A stretch of 58,300 nt of DNA, from the NCBI GenBank assembly GCA_937894355.1, contig CALCRD010000147.1, forward strand, positions 1 through 58,300. The letters run 5' to 3'. How positions within the stretch are numbered: the first letter of the stretch is position 1; the number at the start of each line of letters is the position of its first letter. Made by a program: the position numbers and the translations under genes. Shown in pieces: positions 38,687 to 51,749 of the stretch. This DNA is from an uncultured Bacillus sp. GTDB taxonomy: Bacteria; Bacillota; Bacilli; Bacillales; Cytobacillaceae. The notes below the pieces were generated by a model. That model saw nothing but the letters and a program-made list of their open reading frames with translations, searched no databases and was not told the DNA's origin.

Positions 38687-38998
38687 ATGCATGTAAAAAA
38701 AGGTGACAAAGTAATGGTCATCTCTGGTAAGGATAAAGGCAAAACGGGTGTGATTTTAGCAGCTTTCCCTAAACAAGAACGCGTTTTAGTTGAAGGTGTT
38801 AACATCGTAAAAAAACACTCTAAGCCATCTCAATTGAATCCGCAAGGCGGAATCATAAGCCAAGAGGCGCCTGTTCATGTATCAAACGTTATGCCTATCG
38901 ACCCTAAGTCTGGTAACCCAACTCGTATAGGTTTTACAACGGTTGACGGCAAAAAGGTACGTGTTGCAAAAAAATCCGGTCAAGTACTCGATAAATAG
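38687..38998 (+). CDS. rplX: 50S ribosomal protein L24
   Basis: [19 protein letters not shown]; ATG after AAGGAGG. Confidence 0.99.
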   Translation: MHVKKGDKVMVISGKDKGKTGVILAAFPKQERVLVEGVNIVKKHSKPSQLNPQGGIISQEAPVHVSNVMPIDPKSGNPTRIGFTTVDGKKVRVAKKSGQVLDK

Positions 38999-39022
38999 TT
39001 TAGATGAAGGGAGGTACACAAA

Positions 39023-39562
39023 TTGAGCCGCCTAAAAGAAAAATTTGTTAAAGAAATAAGCCCTGCTCTAGTGAGCAAGTTTAATTATAAATCTGTAATG
39101 CAGGTTCCAAAACTTGATAAAATCGTTATCAATATGGGTGTTGGTGACGCTGTTCAAAACGCAAAAGCACTTGATGTTGCTGTTGATGAATTAGCTCAAA
39201 TCACTGGTCAAAAACCAGTTGTTACTCGTGCTAAGAAATCAATCGCAGGATTCCGTTTACGTGAAGGAATGCCAATCGGTGCTAAAGTAACACTTCGCGG
39301 AGAGCGCATGTACGAATTTATTGATAAATTAGTATCTGTATCTCTTCCACGTGTACGTGACTTCCGTGGTGTATCAAAGAAATCTTTCGATGGTCGTGGG
39401 AACTACACATTGGGTGTTAAAGAACAGTTAATCTTCCCTGAAATTGATTACGATAAAGTAAACAAGGTTCGTGGTATGGATATCGTTATCGTAACGACTG
39501 CAAATACTGATGAAGAAGCTCGTGAGCTTCTAACTCAATTTGGAATGCCATTCCAAAAGTAA
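39023..39562 (+). CDS. rplE: 50S ribosomal protein L5
   Basis: [18 protein letters not shown]; TTG start. Confidence 0.99.
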   Translation: MSRLKEKFVKEISPALVSKFNYKSVMQVPKLDKIVINMGVGDAVQNAKALDVAVDELAQITGQKPVVTRAKKSIAGFRLREGMPIGAKVTLRGERMYEFIDKLVSVSLPRVRDFRGVSKKSFDGRGNYTLGVKEQLIFPEIDYDKVNKVRGMDIVIVTTANTDEEARELLTQFGMPFQK

Positions 39563-39569
39563 TCTCTAA

Positions 39570-39773
<204 letters not shown>

Positions 39774-39803
39774 AACCCAAAGTCTGGGAAGGAGGTAAAT
39801 CAA

Positions 39804-40202
39804 ATGGTCATGACAGATCCAATTGCAGATATGCTTACTCGCATTCGTAATGCGAATATGGTTCGTCACGAAAAATTAGAAGTTCCTGCTTCTAATATTA
39901 AAAAAGAGATCGCTGATATTCTTAAGCGTGAAGGTTTCGTTCGTGACGTTGAATATATCGAAGATAACAAACAAGGTATCATCCGCATCTTCTTAAAATA
40001 CGGTGCAGGTAACGAACGCGTTATCACTGGTTTAAAAAGAATCAGCAAGCCTGGACTTCGTGTTTATGCAAAATCAACTGAAGTTCCTCGTGTGCTTAAC
40101 GGTTTAGGTATCGCACTTGTTTCAACATCAACTGGTGTTGTAACTGATAAAGAAGCTCGCGCTAAGCAAATCGGCGGAGAAGTGCTAGCTTATATTTGGT
40201 AA
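39804..40202 (+). CDS. rpsH: 30S ribosomal protein S8
   Basis: [20 protein letters not shown]. Confidence 0.99.
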   Translation: MVMTDPIADMLTRIRNANMVRHEKLEVPASNIKKEIADILKREGFVRDVEYIEDNKQGIIRIFLKYGAGNERVITGLKRISKPGLRVYAKSTEVPRVLNGLGIALVSTSTGVVTDKEARAKQIGGEVLAYIW

Positions 40203-40233
40203 TAAAGTTTTTTAATGAATGGAGGTGCACCAA

Positions 40234-40770
40234 ATGTCTCGCATAGGTAAAAAGCCAATCGAAATTCCTGCTGGCGTTACTGTAACTGTGGATAACAGTC
40301 TTGTAACAGTAAAAGGCCCTAACGGAGAATTATCTCGTACGTTTAATCCTGATATGACTATCAATATCGAGGAGAACATAATTAACATTTCTCGTCCTTC
40401 TGATGCAAAGGAACACCGCGCATTGCACGGTACTACTCGCGCTCTACTCGCTAACATGGTTGAGGGAGTATCAAAAGGATTCCAAAGAAATCTTGAATTA
40501 ATCGGGGTTGGATACCGTGCTCAAAAGCAAGGTAAAAAACTAGTTCTTAGCGTTGGATACTCACATCCAGTTGAAATCGAGGCTGAAGAAGGTCTTGAAA
40601 TCGAAGTACCAGCTAATACAAAAATTTCTATTAAAGGTGCTGACAAAGAACGTGTTGGCGCATTAGCAGCAAACATTCGTGGAGTTCGCCCACCAGAGCC
40701 TTATAAAGGTAAAGGAATTCGTTACGAAGGTGAATTCGTACGTCGTAAAGAAGGTAAAACAGGTAAGTAA
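40234..40770 (+). CDS. rplF: 50S ribosomal protein L6
   Basis: [18 protein letters not shown]. Confidence 0.99.
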   Translation: MSRIGKKPIEIPAGVTVTVDNSLVTVKGPNGELSRTFNPDMTINIEENIINISRPSDAKEHRALHGTTRALLANMVEGVSKGFQRNLELIGVGYRAQKQGKKLVLSVGYSHPVEIEAEEGLEIEVPANTKISIKGADKERVGALAANIRGVRPPEPYKGKGIRYEGEFVRRKEGKTGK

Positions 40771-40804
40771 TGCTGCTCTTAAGCAAATGAAAGGAGTGAC
40801 GTAA

Positions 40805-41167
40805 ATGATTACGAAGCTTGATAAAAACGCTACTCGCAGAAAAAGACATGCTCGTGTTCGTGCGAAACTTAGCGGTACTGAAGCTCGTCCTCGTCTAAAT
40901 GTGTTTCGTTCAAACAAACACGTTTATGCTCAATTGATCGATGATGTTAATGGAGTAACTATTGCGAGTGCTTCTACTTTAGATAAAGACTTTGGTCTTG
41001 AATCAACAAGTAACCTTGAAGCAGCACAAAAGGTCGGAGAATTAGTTGCGAAGCGTGCTGTTGAAAAAGGAATTTCTTCCATAGTATTTGACCGTGGCGG
41101 ATACCTCTATCATGGACGCGTTAAAGCATTGGCTGATGCTGCACGTGAAAACGGCTTACAATTTTAA
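40805..41167 (+). CDS. rplR: 50S ribosomal protein L18
   Basis: [21 protein letters not shown]. Confidence 0.99.
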   Translation: MITKLDKNATRRKRHARVRAKLSGTEARPRLNVFRSNKHVYAQLIDDVNGVTIASASTLDKDFGLESTSNLEAAQKVGELVAKRAVEKGISSIVFDRGGYLYHGRVKALADAARENGLQF

Positions 41168-41191
41168 TAGACAAAGGAGGGACATATACAG

Positions 41192-41692
41192 ATGCGTCGT
41201 ATTGATCCAAACAAACTTGAACTTGAAGAACGCGTAGTTACAGTTAATCGTGTTGCGAAAGTTGTTAAAGGTGGACGTCGTTTCCGTTTCACTGCACTAG
41301 TTGTAGTTGGAGACAAAAATGGACACGTCGGATTTGGTACTGGTAAAGCACAAGAAGTACCAGATGCAATTCGCAAGGCAATTGAAGATGCTAAGAAGAA
41401 CCTAATTGAAGTACCTATGGTAGGTACAACAGTTCCTCACCAAGTTATCGGAAACTTTGGTGCTGGTGAAATCCTTCTAAAGCCTGCTTCTGAAGGTACA
41501 GGAGTTATCGCTGGTGGCCCAGTTCGTGCTGTGCTCGAACTAGCTGGTGTTGGCGATATTCTTTCTAAATCTTTAGGTACAAACACACCAATCAACATGG
41601 TTCGTGCAACTATGGATGGTTTAAAACAATTAAAACGTGCTGAGGACGTAGCTAAGTTACGTGGTAAATCAGTAGAAGAACTGTTAGGATAA
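41192..41692 (+). CDS. rpsE: 30S ribosomal protein S5
   Basis: [20 protein letters not shown]. Confidence 0.99.
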   Translation: MRRIDPNKLELEERVVTVNRVAKVVKGGRRFRFTALVVVGDKNGHVGFGTGKAQEVPDAIRKAIEDAKKNLIEVPMVGTTVPHQVIGNFGAGEILLKPASEGTGVIAGGPVRAVLELAGVGDILSKSLGTNTPINMVRATMDGLKQLKRAEDVAKLRGKSVEELLG

Positions 41693-41705
41693 GGAGGGAA
41701 ATTAA

Positions 41706-41888
41706 ATGGCAAACAAACTAGAAATTACCCTCACTCGCAGCGTGATTGGTCGTCCACAAGACCAACGCGAAACAGTTAAAGCTCTTGGATTACGTAAAGT
41801 AAATCAAACAGTTGAGCAACAAGATAATCCCGCAATTCGCGGAATGATCAACAAAGTTTCTCATCTTGTTACAGTAAAAGAACAATAA
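41706..41888 (+). CDS. rpmD: 50S ribosomal protein L30
   Basis: [20 protein letters not shown]. Confidence 0.98.
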   Translation: MANKLEITLTRSVIGRPQDQRETVKALGLRKVNQTVEQQDNPAIRGMINKVSHLVTVKEQ

Positions 41889-41919
41889 TTCGATTCTTCT
41901 TTGTTAAGGAGGTGCCAAT

Positions 41920-42360
41920 ATGAAACTTCATGAATTAAAACCTACAGAAGGTTCCCGTCAAGAGCGTAAACGTAAAGGACGTGGAATTGGTTCCGGTAAC
42001 GGAAAAACTGCTGGTAAAGGTCATAAAGGACAAAACGCTCGTTCTGGTGGAGGTGTACGTCTAGGATTTGAAGGTGGTCAAACACCATTATTCCGTCGTT
42101 TACCAAAACGTGGGTTCACAAATATCAATCGTAAAGAATTTGCGATTGTTAATCTAGATGTTTTAAACCGTTTTGAAGAAGGAACAGAGGTTACTCCAGA
42201 ACTTCTTATCGAAACAGGTGTAGTTAGCAGTGAAAAAGCTGGAATTAAAATTCTAGCAAACGGAAGTGTAGAGAAAAAGCTTAATGTTAAAGCTCATAAA
42301 TTTTCCTCTGCTGCTAAGGAAGCAATCGAAGCTGCCGGTGGAACTACCGAGGTGATCTAA
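41920..42360 (+). CDS. rplO: 50S ribosomal protein L15
   Basis: [19 protein letters not shown]. Confidence 0.99.
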   Translation: MKLHELKPTEGSRQERKRKGRGIGSGNGKTAGKGHKGQNARSGGGVRLGFEGGQTPLFRRLPKRGFTNINRKEFAIVNLDVLNRFEEGTEVTPELLIETGVVSSEKAGIKILANGSVEKKLNVKAHKFSSAAKEAIEAAGGTTEVI

Positions 42361-43649
42361 TGTTCCAATCAATCTCCAATTTTATGCGCGTGGGTGATAT
42401 AAGACGAAAGATTATTTTCACCCTTTTAATGCTGCTTGTATTCCGTATCGGAGCATTTATTCCTGTACCACAAGTCAATGCAGATTTTTTAAAAGCCCAG
42501 GATCAAACAGGTGTTTTCGGTGTTCTTAATACATTTGGAGGCGGAGCATTACAGAACTTCTCCATTTTCGCAATGGGAATCATGCCGTATATCACGGCTT
42601 CGATTATTATTCAGTTACTTCAAATGGATGTTGTACCTAAGTTCACTGAATGGTCAAAGCAAGGCGAAGCGGGCCGACGTAAATTGGCTCAGTTCACTCG
42701 CTATTTCACAATTGTTCTTGGATTTATTCAAGCCATTGGTATGTCGTATGGATTCAACAATATGGCATCAGGAATGTTGATTCAAGATCCCGGTATACCG
42801 ACCTACCTACTAATTGCAACTGTTCTAACTGCAGGTACCGCATTTTTAATGTGGCTTGGAGAGCAGATTACATCAAAGGGTGTTGGAAACGGAATCTCAA
42901 TTATCATCTTTGCTGGTATTGTTGCAGGTATTCCAACAATCATAAACCAAATATATGCGATGAAATTTCAAGATGCTGGAGAAGAATTATTCATCCGTAT
43001 TTTAACGGTAGCATTAATTGTTCTGGCAGTGATTGCGATTGTTGTCGGCGTTATATTTATTCAACAAGCATTACGGAAGATTCCAATTCAGTATGCTAAA
43101 AGAATGGTTGAAGGAAAGCCATCTGGAGGCGCTTCTCACTTACCGTTAAAAGTAAACGCAGCAGGTGTTATTCCAGTTATCTTTGCGATTTCATTCATTG
43201 TAACACCACCAACTATTGCGAATTTCTTTGGTACAAACGACATAACGTTGTGGATCCAAAAGACATTTGATTACACAAAACCGGTGGGTATGATTATTTA
43301 CGTGGCATTAATTGTCGCCTTTACTTATTTTTATGCTTTTATTCAAGTTAATCCTGAACAATTATCAGAAAACCTGAAAAAGCAGGGCGGTTACATTCCT
43401 GGTATTCGTCCAGGAAAGAGCACGCAAGAATATTTGACTAAAGTACTATATCGCTTAACGCTTGTCGGAGCGCTTTTCTTAGCGGTAATTTCAGTACTAC
43501 CGGTATTCTTCATCCAATTTGCAGGTCTACCGCAGTCCGTTCAAATTGGTGGAACTAGCTTGCTGATTGTAGTCGGTGTTGCACTTGACACAATGAAGCA
43601 GTTAGAGTCGCAGCTTGTAAAACGTCATTATAAAGGGTTTATTAAATAA
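42360..43649 (+). CDS. secY: Preprotein translocase subunit SecY
   Basis: SIFAMGIMPYITASII, GVGNGISIIIF, IPGIRPG; multiple TM helices. Confidence 0.99.
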   Translation: MFQSISNFMRVGDIRRKIIFTLLMLLVFRIGAFIPVPQVNADFLKAQDQTGVFGVLNTFGGGALQNFSIFAMGIMPYITASIIIQLLQMDVVPKFTEWSKQGEAGRRKLAQFTRYFTIVLGFIQAIGMSYGFNNMASGMLIQDPGIPTYLLIATVLTAGTAFLMWLGEQITSKGVGNGISIIIFAGIVAGIPTIINQIYAMKFQDAGEELFIRILTVALIVLAVIAIVVGVIFIQQALRKIPIQYAKRMVEGKPSGGASHLPLKVNAAGVIPVIFAISFIVTPPTIANFFGTNDITLWIQKTFDYTKPVGMIIYVALIVAFTYFYAFIQVNPEQLSENLKKQGGYIPGIRPGKSTQEYLTKVLYRLTLVGALFLAVISVLPVFFIQFAGLPQSVQIGGTSLLIVVGVALDTMKQLESQLVKRHYKGFIK

Positions 43650-43694
43650 AGTGGTTTTAGGGACAAACTCCCTAAAACCTTCTAAAGAGACTGA

Positions 43695-44356
<662 letters not shown>

Positions 44357-44357
<1 letters not shown>

Positions 44358-45103
44358 TGATTATTTGTAAAACCCCACGCGAAATTGATATTATGCGTGA
44401 AGCAGGACGTATCGTAGCACTCACTCATATTGAATTAAAAAAGCATATTCGTCCGGGTATTACAACAAAACAACTGGATGTTATTGCCGAGCAGTTTATC
44501 CGTAAGCAGGGTGCAATTCCATCTTTTAAAGGGTATAATGGTTTTCGTGGCAGCATCTGTGCTTCTGTTAACAATGAACTCGTTCACGGAATTCCTGGTA
44601 ATCGTGTTTTAAACGATGGTGATATCATTAGTATTGACATTGGTGCTAAATACAATGGTTATCATGGAGATTCAGCTTGGACATATCCTGTAGGCGAAAT
44701 TGATGAGAACACGAAGCTTCTATTAGAAGTTACCGAAGAGTCTCTCTATCTCGGCTTAAAGGAAGCTAAGCCTGGTGAGCGTCTTTCAAACGTCTCTCAT
44801 GCGATTCAAACGTATGTAGAAGCAAACGGCTTTTCCATTGTGCGCGAGTATGTTGGCCATGGAGTAGGGCAAGACTTACATGAGGATCCCCAAATTCCTC
44901 ACTATGGTCCACCTAACAAAGGTCCGCGTTTAAAGCCTGGCATGGTACTGGCAATTGAACCGATGGTGAATGCTGGAAGTCGATATGTAAAAACGTTAGC
45001 TGATGACTGGACTGTTGTGACAGTTGACGGAAAAATGTGTGCTCATTTTGAGCATACCATTGCTATCACTGAAACAGGTTATGAAATACTAACCAAAGCA
45101 TAG
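44357..45103 (+). CDS. map: Methionine aminopeptidase type I
   Basis: HGIPG, DIG...GDSA, GHGVG, EPM, HFEHT. Confidence 0.98.
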
Positions 45104-45128
45104 CAATTGAGTTCAAATTAATCTTAGT

Positions 45129-45204
45129 ACAAACGGATAATTCCGTCTTGCTACTGGCTGAGTTTGCCAATGAAATACGTTTTGAAAAGAAGGGAGACAG
45201 TTCG
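45129..45204 (+). pseudogene. Probable remnant of ybzG-like KOW-domain gene
   Basis: Reads TNG*FRLA, then after a frameshift [15 protein letters not shown], resembling the recalled C-terminus (TNGKLRFA..KF.NE...KKGD) of the gene found at this position in other bacilli. Confidence 0.5.
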
Positions 45205-45423
45205 ATGGCGAAAGACGATGTAATTGAGGTAGAAGGTACAGTTGTTGAAACTTTGCCAAATGCCATGTTTAAGGTAGAATTAGAAAATGGTCATAATGTG
45301 TTAGCTCACGTTTCTGGTAAAATTCGTATGCACTTCATCAGAATCTTACCAGGTGATAAAGTAACAGTTGAACTTTCACCATATGACTTAACTCGTGGAA
45401 GAATAACGTATCGTTTTAAATAG
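45205..45423 (+). CDS. infA: Translation initiation factor IF-1
   Basis: [17 protein letters not shown]; ATG 45205 after AAGGGAG. Confidence 0.99.
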   Translation: MAKDDVIEVEGTVVETLPNAMFKVELENGHNVLAHVSGKIRMHFIRILPGDKVTVELSPYDLTRGRITYRFK

Positions 45424-45573
<150 letters not shown>

Positions 45574-45596
45574 TAAAGAAGGAGGTGCGCATATTT

Positions 45597-45962
45597 ATGG
45601 CACGTATTGCTGGTGTAGATGTTCCACGCGAAAAGCGTGTAGTAATCTCATTAACTTATATTTTCGGTATTGGAAGACCAACTGCTGAAAAAGTTCTTGC
45701 TGAAGCTGGTGTTTCTGAAGACACACGCGTTCGCGATCTTACTGAAGAAGAACTTAATAAAATCCGTGAAGCAATTGATAAATTAAAAGTTGAAGGTGAC
45801 CTTCGTCGTGAAGTTTCCCTTAACATTAAACGTCTAATGGAAATCGGATCTTATCGCGGTCTTCGTCATCGTCGTGGATTACCTGTTCGTGGTCAAAACA
45901 CAAAAAATAATGCTCGTACACGTAAAGGTCCTCGTAAGACTGTTGCGAACAAGAAAAAATAG
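45597..45962 (+). CDS. rpsM: 30S ribosomal protein S13
   Basis: [25 protein letters not shown]. Confidence 0.99.
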   Translation: MARIAGVDVPREKRVVISLTYIFGIGRPTAEKVLAEAGVSEDTRVRDLTEEELNKIREAIDKLKVEGDLRREVSLNIKRLMEIGSYRGLRHRRGLPVRGQNTKNNARTRKGPRKTVANKKK

Positions 45963-45986
45963 TTAGTAAAGGAGGTACTCATTTAA

Positions 45987-46376
<390 letters not shown>

Positions 46377-46392
46377 TTTTTCTGTATAGAAT

Positions 46393-46421
46393 TTGTATCT
46401 CTGTCTATAATGGGATATGAT
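46393..46421 (+). promoter_or_regulatory. Candidate internal SigA-type promoter for rpoA-rplQ
   Basis: TTGTAT, 17 bp, TATGAT; alternative TATAAT at 46406-46411. Confidence 0.45.
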
Positions 46422-46545
46422 ACTAATTTTTTATTCATACAGAAATCTAAATCCAGTTGTTGTGCACAATCGGGAACGTATGCAGGGGGAATTTCGGTTA
46501 AAATATTTAGCCGGGGTTTCGACGTTTTGAAGGAGGGTATATTTG

Positions 46546-47490
46546 ATGATCGAAATAGAAAAACCAAAAATCGAAACGGTTGAGATCAACGATGATGCCA
46601 AATACGGAAAGTTCGTCGTAGAACCACTTGAGCGTGGATATGGAACAACTTTGGGTAACTCCTTACGTCGTATCCTATTATCCTCACTCCCAGGTGCTGC
46701 TGTAACGTCAATTCAAATTGATGGGGTACTTCATGAATTCTCAACAATCGAAGGCGTCGTTGAAGATGTATCATCTATTATTCTTAACATTAAGAAATTA
46801 GCATTAAAAATCTATTCTGATGAAGAGAAGACGCTTGAAATTGATGTCAATGGTGAAGGTGTTGTAACAGCTGCTAAAGTTACCCATGATAGTGATGTAG
46901 AGATTTTAAATCCAGATCTTCACATTGCCACTCTTGGTACAAACGGTCATTTACGGATGCGCTTAACAGCTAAACGTGGCCGTGGTTATACACCCGCTGA
47001 TCAAAACAAAAGAGAAGACCAACCTATTGGTGTAGTACCTATTGACTCCATTTATACTCCAGTATCCCGTGTTTCCTACCAAGTAGAAAATACTCGTGTT
47101 GGACAAATGACTAACTATGATAAGTTAACATTTGATGTTTGGACAGATGGAAGTACTGGTCCAAAAGAGGCAATTGCCTTAGGTGCGAAAATTTTAAATG
47201 AGCATTTGAATATCTTTGTTGGTTTAACTGATGAAGCTCAAAATGCTGAAATTATGGTAGAAAAAGAAGAAGATCAAAAAGAAAAAGTTTTGGAAATGAC
47301 AATTGAAGAACTAGATCTTTCTGTTCGTTCTTATAACTGCCTAAAGCGTGCTGGAATCAATACCGTTCAAGAGTTAGCAAACAAAACGGAAGAAGATATG
47401 ATGAAAGTACGTAACTTAGGAAGAAAGTCTCTTGAAGAAGTTAAAGCCAAACTAGAAGAACTAGGATTAGGCTTACGTAAAGATGACTAA
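46546..47490 (+). CDS. rpoA: RNA polymerase alpha subunit
   Basis: [22 protein letters not shown]; [16 protein letters not shown]. Confidence 0.99.
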   Translation: MIEIEKPKIETVEINDDAKYGKFVVEPLERGYGTTLGNSLRRILLSSLPGAAVTSIQIDGVLHEFSTIEGVVEDVSSIILNIKKLALKIYSDEEKTLEIDVNGEGVVTAAKVTHDSDVEILNPDLHIATLGTNGHLRMRLTAKRGRGYTPADQNKREDQPIGVVPIDSIYTPVSRVSYQVENTRVGQMTNYDKLTFDVWTDGSTGPKEAIALGAKILNEHLNIFVGLTDEAQNAEIMVEKEEDQKEKVLEMTIEELDLSVRSYNCLKRAGINTVQELANKTEEDMMKVRNLGRKSLEEVKAKLEELGLGLRKDD

Positions 47491-47544
47491 CTAGTTAACT
47501 AAGGTTAGCTAGGTATTTTTCTGTTACCTTTTAGATAGAGATAA

Positions 47545-47934
<390 letters not shown>

Positions 47935-47952
47935 TATCCTGTTACACACAAC

Positions 47953-47998
47953 AAGGGCGAGGACAGTTTAAGATACAAACTTGTTCTTTGCCCTTTTT
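47953..47998 (+). terminator. Intrinsic terminator after rplQ
   Basis: AAGGGCGAGGACAGTTT...AAACTTGTTCTTTGCCCTT plus T run. Confidence 0.8.
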
Positions 47999-48006
47999 CT
48001 CTTAAA

Positions 48007-48350
48007 GGGAATGTATTTTTACTTCTATGCGAATAGCATTCCCATGAACCAAGCCAAAAATGAGCGTTATGATGAGCATAAAGATAGATGGAAATATCTA
48101 TAAAAAAAAGTGAACCGAGCGAGAATTTGTTCTACTGGAGGATAGGTCCTTTACTCATAAGCAAAATTTCTTAAGACTACCATCTTGATTCAAGTTTGTT
48201 TAGGGTAAAGGGTCCGATGAACCCCCCGCTTTTCTTTATGTCTTGTCTAGCTCAAGCACCTCTTTCTTCTAGTGTTCCATAAATGGAGCGTAGAATACGA
48301 AACAGTCATCGTTGATTGTCTTTGTATGGGAAGAGGTGCAGGCTTTTTTT
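48007..48350 (+). ncRNA. Candidate structured RNA (unassigned) between rplQ and ecfA1
   Basis: Several nested helices read by eye, ending in GCACCTCTT/AAGAGGTGC and a T7 tract; no ORF in the track. Confidence 0.45.
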
Positions 48351-48424
48351 GTTTCCATTACATTTTGCCATAATAGATAAATAAACAATTAAAAGTGTTG
48401 TTTTAGAGGTGTGGGGGGACTATC

Positions 48425-49264
48425 ATGAGCATGCCACTTGTAGTTTTGGAAAATATTAGTTTTCATTATGATACCCAGGAAAGTCCCGCCTTAAATGATG
48501 TATCTTTTGAGGTGTTTGAAGGGGAATGGCTAGCCATTGTTGGTCATAACGGTTCCGGGAAATCGACACTTGCTAAAATATTAAATGGTTTACAGTTTTC
48601 GCAAAAGGGAAAAGTAACTGTTTGTGGTTTTGAACTAAATGAGGACACAGTTTGGGATGTCCGGAGGCAAATTGGGATGGTGTTTCAAAACCCTGATAAT
48701 CAGTTTGTCGGTACAACTGTTGAAGATGATGTGGCTTTTGGTTTAGAAAATATCGGGATTTCTCGGGAAGTTATGCTTGAACGGATTCCAGACTCGTTGA
48801 AAAAAGTAGAAATGTATCAGTTTCTTGATCAAGAGCCGCACCATCTTTCCGGAGGACAGAAGCAGCGAGTTGCCATTGCCGGCGTTCTTGCACTTCAACC
48901 AGCGATCATCATTTTGGACGAGGCGACATCTATGCTAGATCCAAGAGGTCGAGAAGAAGTCTTAAATATTGTCAGAGAACTAAAGACAAGCCGGAACATT
49001 ACGGTCATTTCGATTACCCATGATTTAGAAGAAGCAGCAAGAGCCGATCGGATCATCGTTATGAATAAGGGTGAATTGTATAGGCAAGGAACTCCAAAGG
49101 AAATATTTGAATTAGATGATGAGTTAATTGCGCTAGGACTAGATATTCCTTTTCCGGTTAAAGTGAGTAAAGCTCTTCATGAAAAGGGTTTTTCGCTGTC
49201 TAGACACTTTTTATCTGAAGAAGAGTTGGTGAAGGAATTATGGACATCTTACTGCAACAAGTAG
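48425..49264 (+). CDS. ecfA1: ECF transporter ATPase A1
   Basis: [25 protein letters not shown]. Confidence 0.96.
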   Translation: MSMPLVVLENISFHYDTQESPALNDVSFEVFEGEWLAIVGHNGSGKSTLAKILNGLQFSQKGKVTVCGFELNEDTVWDVRRQIGMVFQNPDNQFVGTTVEDDVAFGLENIGISREVMLERIPDSLKKVEMYQFLDQEPHHLSGGQKQRVAIAGVLALQPAIIILDEATSMLDPRGREEVLNIVRELKTSRNITVISITHDLEEAARADRIIVMNKGELYRQGTPKEIFELDDELIALGLDIPFPVKVSKALHEKGFSLSRHFLSEEELVKELWTSYCNK

Positions 49265-50112
49265 AACATCGCTATCAGCAGGGGACACCTTTTGAACGGC
49301 TTGCTATTCAAAACGTATCGTTTTCTATTCCCACTGGTTCTTATTTGGCTATTATTGGTCATACAGGTTCGGGAAAGTCGACCGTACTTCAGCATCTTAA
49401 TGCTTTGTTGCGTCCGACTAAAGGACAAATAGTCATTGGTGACCGGACTATTAATGCTGATAAGAAGAAGGAAAAAAACTTAAAAGCAATTCGTCAAAAG
49501 GTCGGAATTGTGTTTCAGTTTCCAGAACACCAGTTGTTTGAAGAAACAGTAGAAAAAGATATATGCTTTGGACCGATGAATTTCGGAGTGACAGAATCAG
49601 AGGCAAAGATAAGAGCAAAAGTAGCTATTAAGCAAGTCGGTTTGGCTGAAGAAATTTTACAAAAATCTCCGTTTGATTTATCAGGGGGACAAATGCGTCG
49701 AGTGGCCATTGCTGCTGTCCTAGCAATGGAACCGGATGTAATTGTACTAGACGAGCCGACTGCAGGGCTTGATCCGCGGGGACGCAAGGAGATTATGGAG
49801 TTATTTAATCGTCTCCATAAGGAAAGAGGAATGTCGACTATTTTAGTGACTCACAGCATGGAAGATGCTGCACAGTATGCTGATCAAATTATTGTCATGC
49901 ATCATGGTGAGGTTTTTAGTCAAGGGACTCCCGAGGAAATTTTTGCCGATCCTAAAGGTCTCCTTGAGTTAGGCTTGGATGTTCCTGATGTCATTCGCTT
50001 TCAGCAAAGATTTGAGGAACAATTTCAAATAAAGCTAGGAAAACCTTGTTTAACTATGGAACAATTAATAGCTACCATTGCTGCATTCCTTGATAGGAGG
50101 CCAGCAAGATGA
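49240..50112 (+). CDS. ecfA2: ECF transporter ATPase A2
   Basis: [30 protein letters not shown]. Confidence 0.96.
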   Translation: MDILLQQVEHRYQQGTPFERLAIQNVSFSIPTGSYLAIIGHTGSGKSTVLQHLNALLRPTKGQIVIGDRTINADKKKEKNLKAIRQKVGIVFQFPEHQLFEETVEKDICFGPMNFGVTESEAKIRAKVAIKQVGLAEEILQKSPFDLSGGQMRRVAIAAVLAMEPDVIVLDEPTAGLDPRGRKEIMELFNRLHKERGMSTILVTHSMEDAAQYADQIIVMHHGEVFSQGTPEEIFADPKGLLELGLDVPDVIRFQQRFEEQFQIKLGKPCLTMEQLIATIAAFLDRRPAR

Positions 50113-50906
50113 TGGATAAGATGCTGATTGGCAGATATGTTCCAACGGATTCAATTATTCATCGGATGGATCCTCGTTCGAAACTGCTGTTGATTTTTTT
50201 CTTTGTTATTATTGTGTTTATTGCCAATAATTTAATAACGTACAGCATATTAACCCTCTATACGTTGATTATCGTTTCTTTCTCGAAAATTTCCTTTCGA
50301 TTTTTATACGTTGGGTTAAAACCAGTGCTGTGGCTGATCCTGTTTACCTTTTTGCTCCATTTGTTTTTAACGAAAGATGGTAGGGTATTATTTGAACTTG
50401 GTTGGCTGAAAATTTACCAAGGTGGCTTACAACAAGGGCTGTTTATTTCAATGCGTTTTTTCTTGTTAATTATGATGACATCGCTGTTGACTCTAACAAC
50501 ATCACCGATTGCCATCACTGATGGCTTGGAGACGCTTCTAAATCCATTAAAAAAATTGAAACTCCCGGTTCACGAATTGGCCCTCATGATGTCGATATCT
50601 TTGCGGTTTATTCCAACTCTTATGCAAGAGACCGATAAAATCATGAAAGCCCAAATTGCTAGAGGGGTTGAATTTACTAGTGGTCCAATAAAAGAGCGAG
50701 TACGAGCGATAGTACCTCTTTTGATTCCCTTGTTTATTAGCTCGTTTAAGCGTGCTGAGGACCTTGCAATAGCGATGGAGGCAAGGGGGTATCGGGGTGG
50801 TGAAGGAAGGACGAAGTATCGACTGCTTCAATGGAAAGTAGCTGACACCATGATGTTGGTTATACTTGGTTTTATTTCAGTTGGCTTGTATTTATTTAGA
50901 ACATAA
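50109..50906 (+). CDS. ecfT: ECF transporter transmembrane component T
   Basis: DPRSKL, LRFIPTL, two ARG motifs (IARG, EARG). Confidence 0.96.
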   Translation: MMDKMLIGRYVPTDSIIHRMDPRSKLLLIFFFVIIVFIANNLITYSILTLYTLIIVSFSKISFRFLYVGLKPVLWLILFTFLLHLFLTKDGRVLFELGWLKIYQGGLQQGLFISMRFFLLIMMTSLLTLTTSPIAITDGLETLLNPLKKLKLPVHELALMMSISLRFIPTLMQETDKIMKAQIARGVEFTSGPIKERVRAIVPLLIPLFISSFKRAEDLAIAMEARGYRGGEGRTKYRLLQWKVADTMMLVILGFISVGLYLFRT

Positions 50907-50918
50907 TGGGGTATGGGG

Positions 50919-51656
50919 ATGCAACGATATAAATGTAAAATTGCTTATGTCGGTACAGGTTATTCTGGATATCAAGTTCAGCCAAATGGGCGGACGATTC
51001 AAAGTGAAATTGAATTTGCTTTGGCTAAGCTTCATAAAGGTGTACCTATACGAATATCCTCCTCAGGAAGAACAGATGCTGGGGTACATGCTAAAGGCCA
51101 GGTTATTCATTTTGATTCGGAGCTTAGTATTCCAGAGAGCAAATGGACTGTTGCTTTAAATTCGCTACTTCCAGAAGATATCGCTGTATTAGAGGTTGAA
51201 TGTGTATCAGCTGATTTTCATTCAAGGTATGATGCTATTGGTAAGGAATATCGTTATTTTTTACTGCAATCAGCCATTCGGGATCCGTTCATGCGAAACT
51301 ATGCTTATCAATTTCCTTATGACTTGAATTTTTCAGACATGGAGACTGCCGCTAAGCTGTTGATAGGGACTCATAATTTTACTAGTTTCTGTTCAGCAAA
51401 GACCGAAGTAATCGATCGGGTAAGAACTCTCCAAGAAATTGAAATTTTTAGAGAAAATGGATTGATTGTTTTTCGGTTTATTGGAAATGGTTTTTTGTAT
51501 AATATGGTAAGAATTTTGGTGGGGACTCTGCTTGAGGTCGGGACTGGAAAGCGTGATCCTAGGTCAATTCCAGCGGTATTAGCGAGCGAGGACCGAGCAG
51601 CAGCGGGGAAGACTGCTCCGCCACAGGGGCTTTATTTATGGAGTGTATTTTATTAA
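50919..51656 (+). CDS. truA: tRNA pseudouridine(38-40) synthase
   Basis: SGRTDAGVHA, GFLYNMVR, TAPPQGL; start 50913 or 50919. Confidence 0.98.
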   Translation: MQRYKCKIAYVGTGYSGYQVQPNGRTIQSEIEFALAKLHKGVPIRISSSGRTDAGVHAKGQVIHFDSELSIPESKWTVALNSLLPEDIAVLEVECVSADFHSRYDAIGKEYRYFLLQSAIRDPFMRNYAYQFPYDLNFSDMETAAKLLIGTHNFTSFCSAKTEVIDRVRTLQEIEIFRENGLIVFRFIGNGFLYNMVRILVGTLLEVGTGKRDPRSIPAVLASEDRAAAGKTAPPQGLYLWSVFY

Positions 51657-51714
51657 CATAACTTTTGATGTGATTGAGCCCAGAATTTTTTTATTAAGGC
51701 AACTAATCCTGGTG

Positions 51715-51743
51715 TTGACAATTTGCCAACAACGATATATTAT
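51715..51743 (+). promoter_or_regulatory. SigA promoter for rplM-rpsI
   Basis: TTGACA, 17 bp, TATTAT. Confidence 0.8.
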
Positions 51744-51749
51744 ATCATA

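Noticed and set aside
46377-46545. Absence of rpsD from the alpha operon
   Set aside because: Normal for Bacillus, where rpsD is encoded elsewhere
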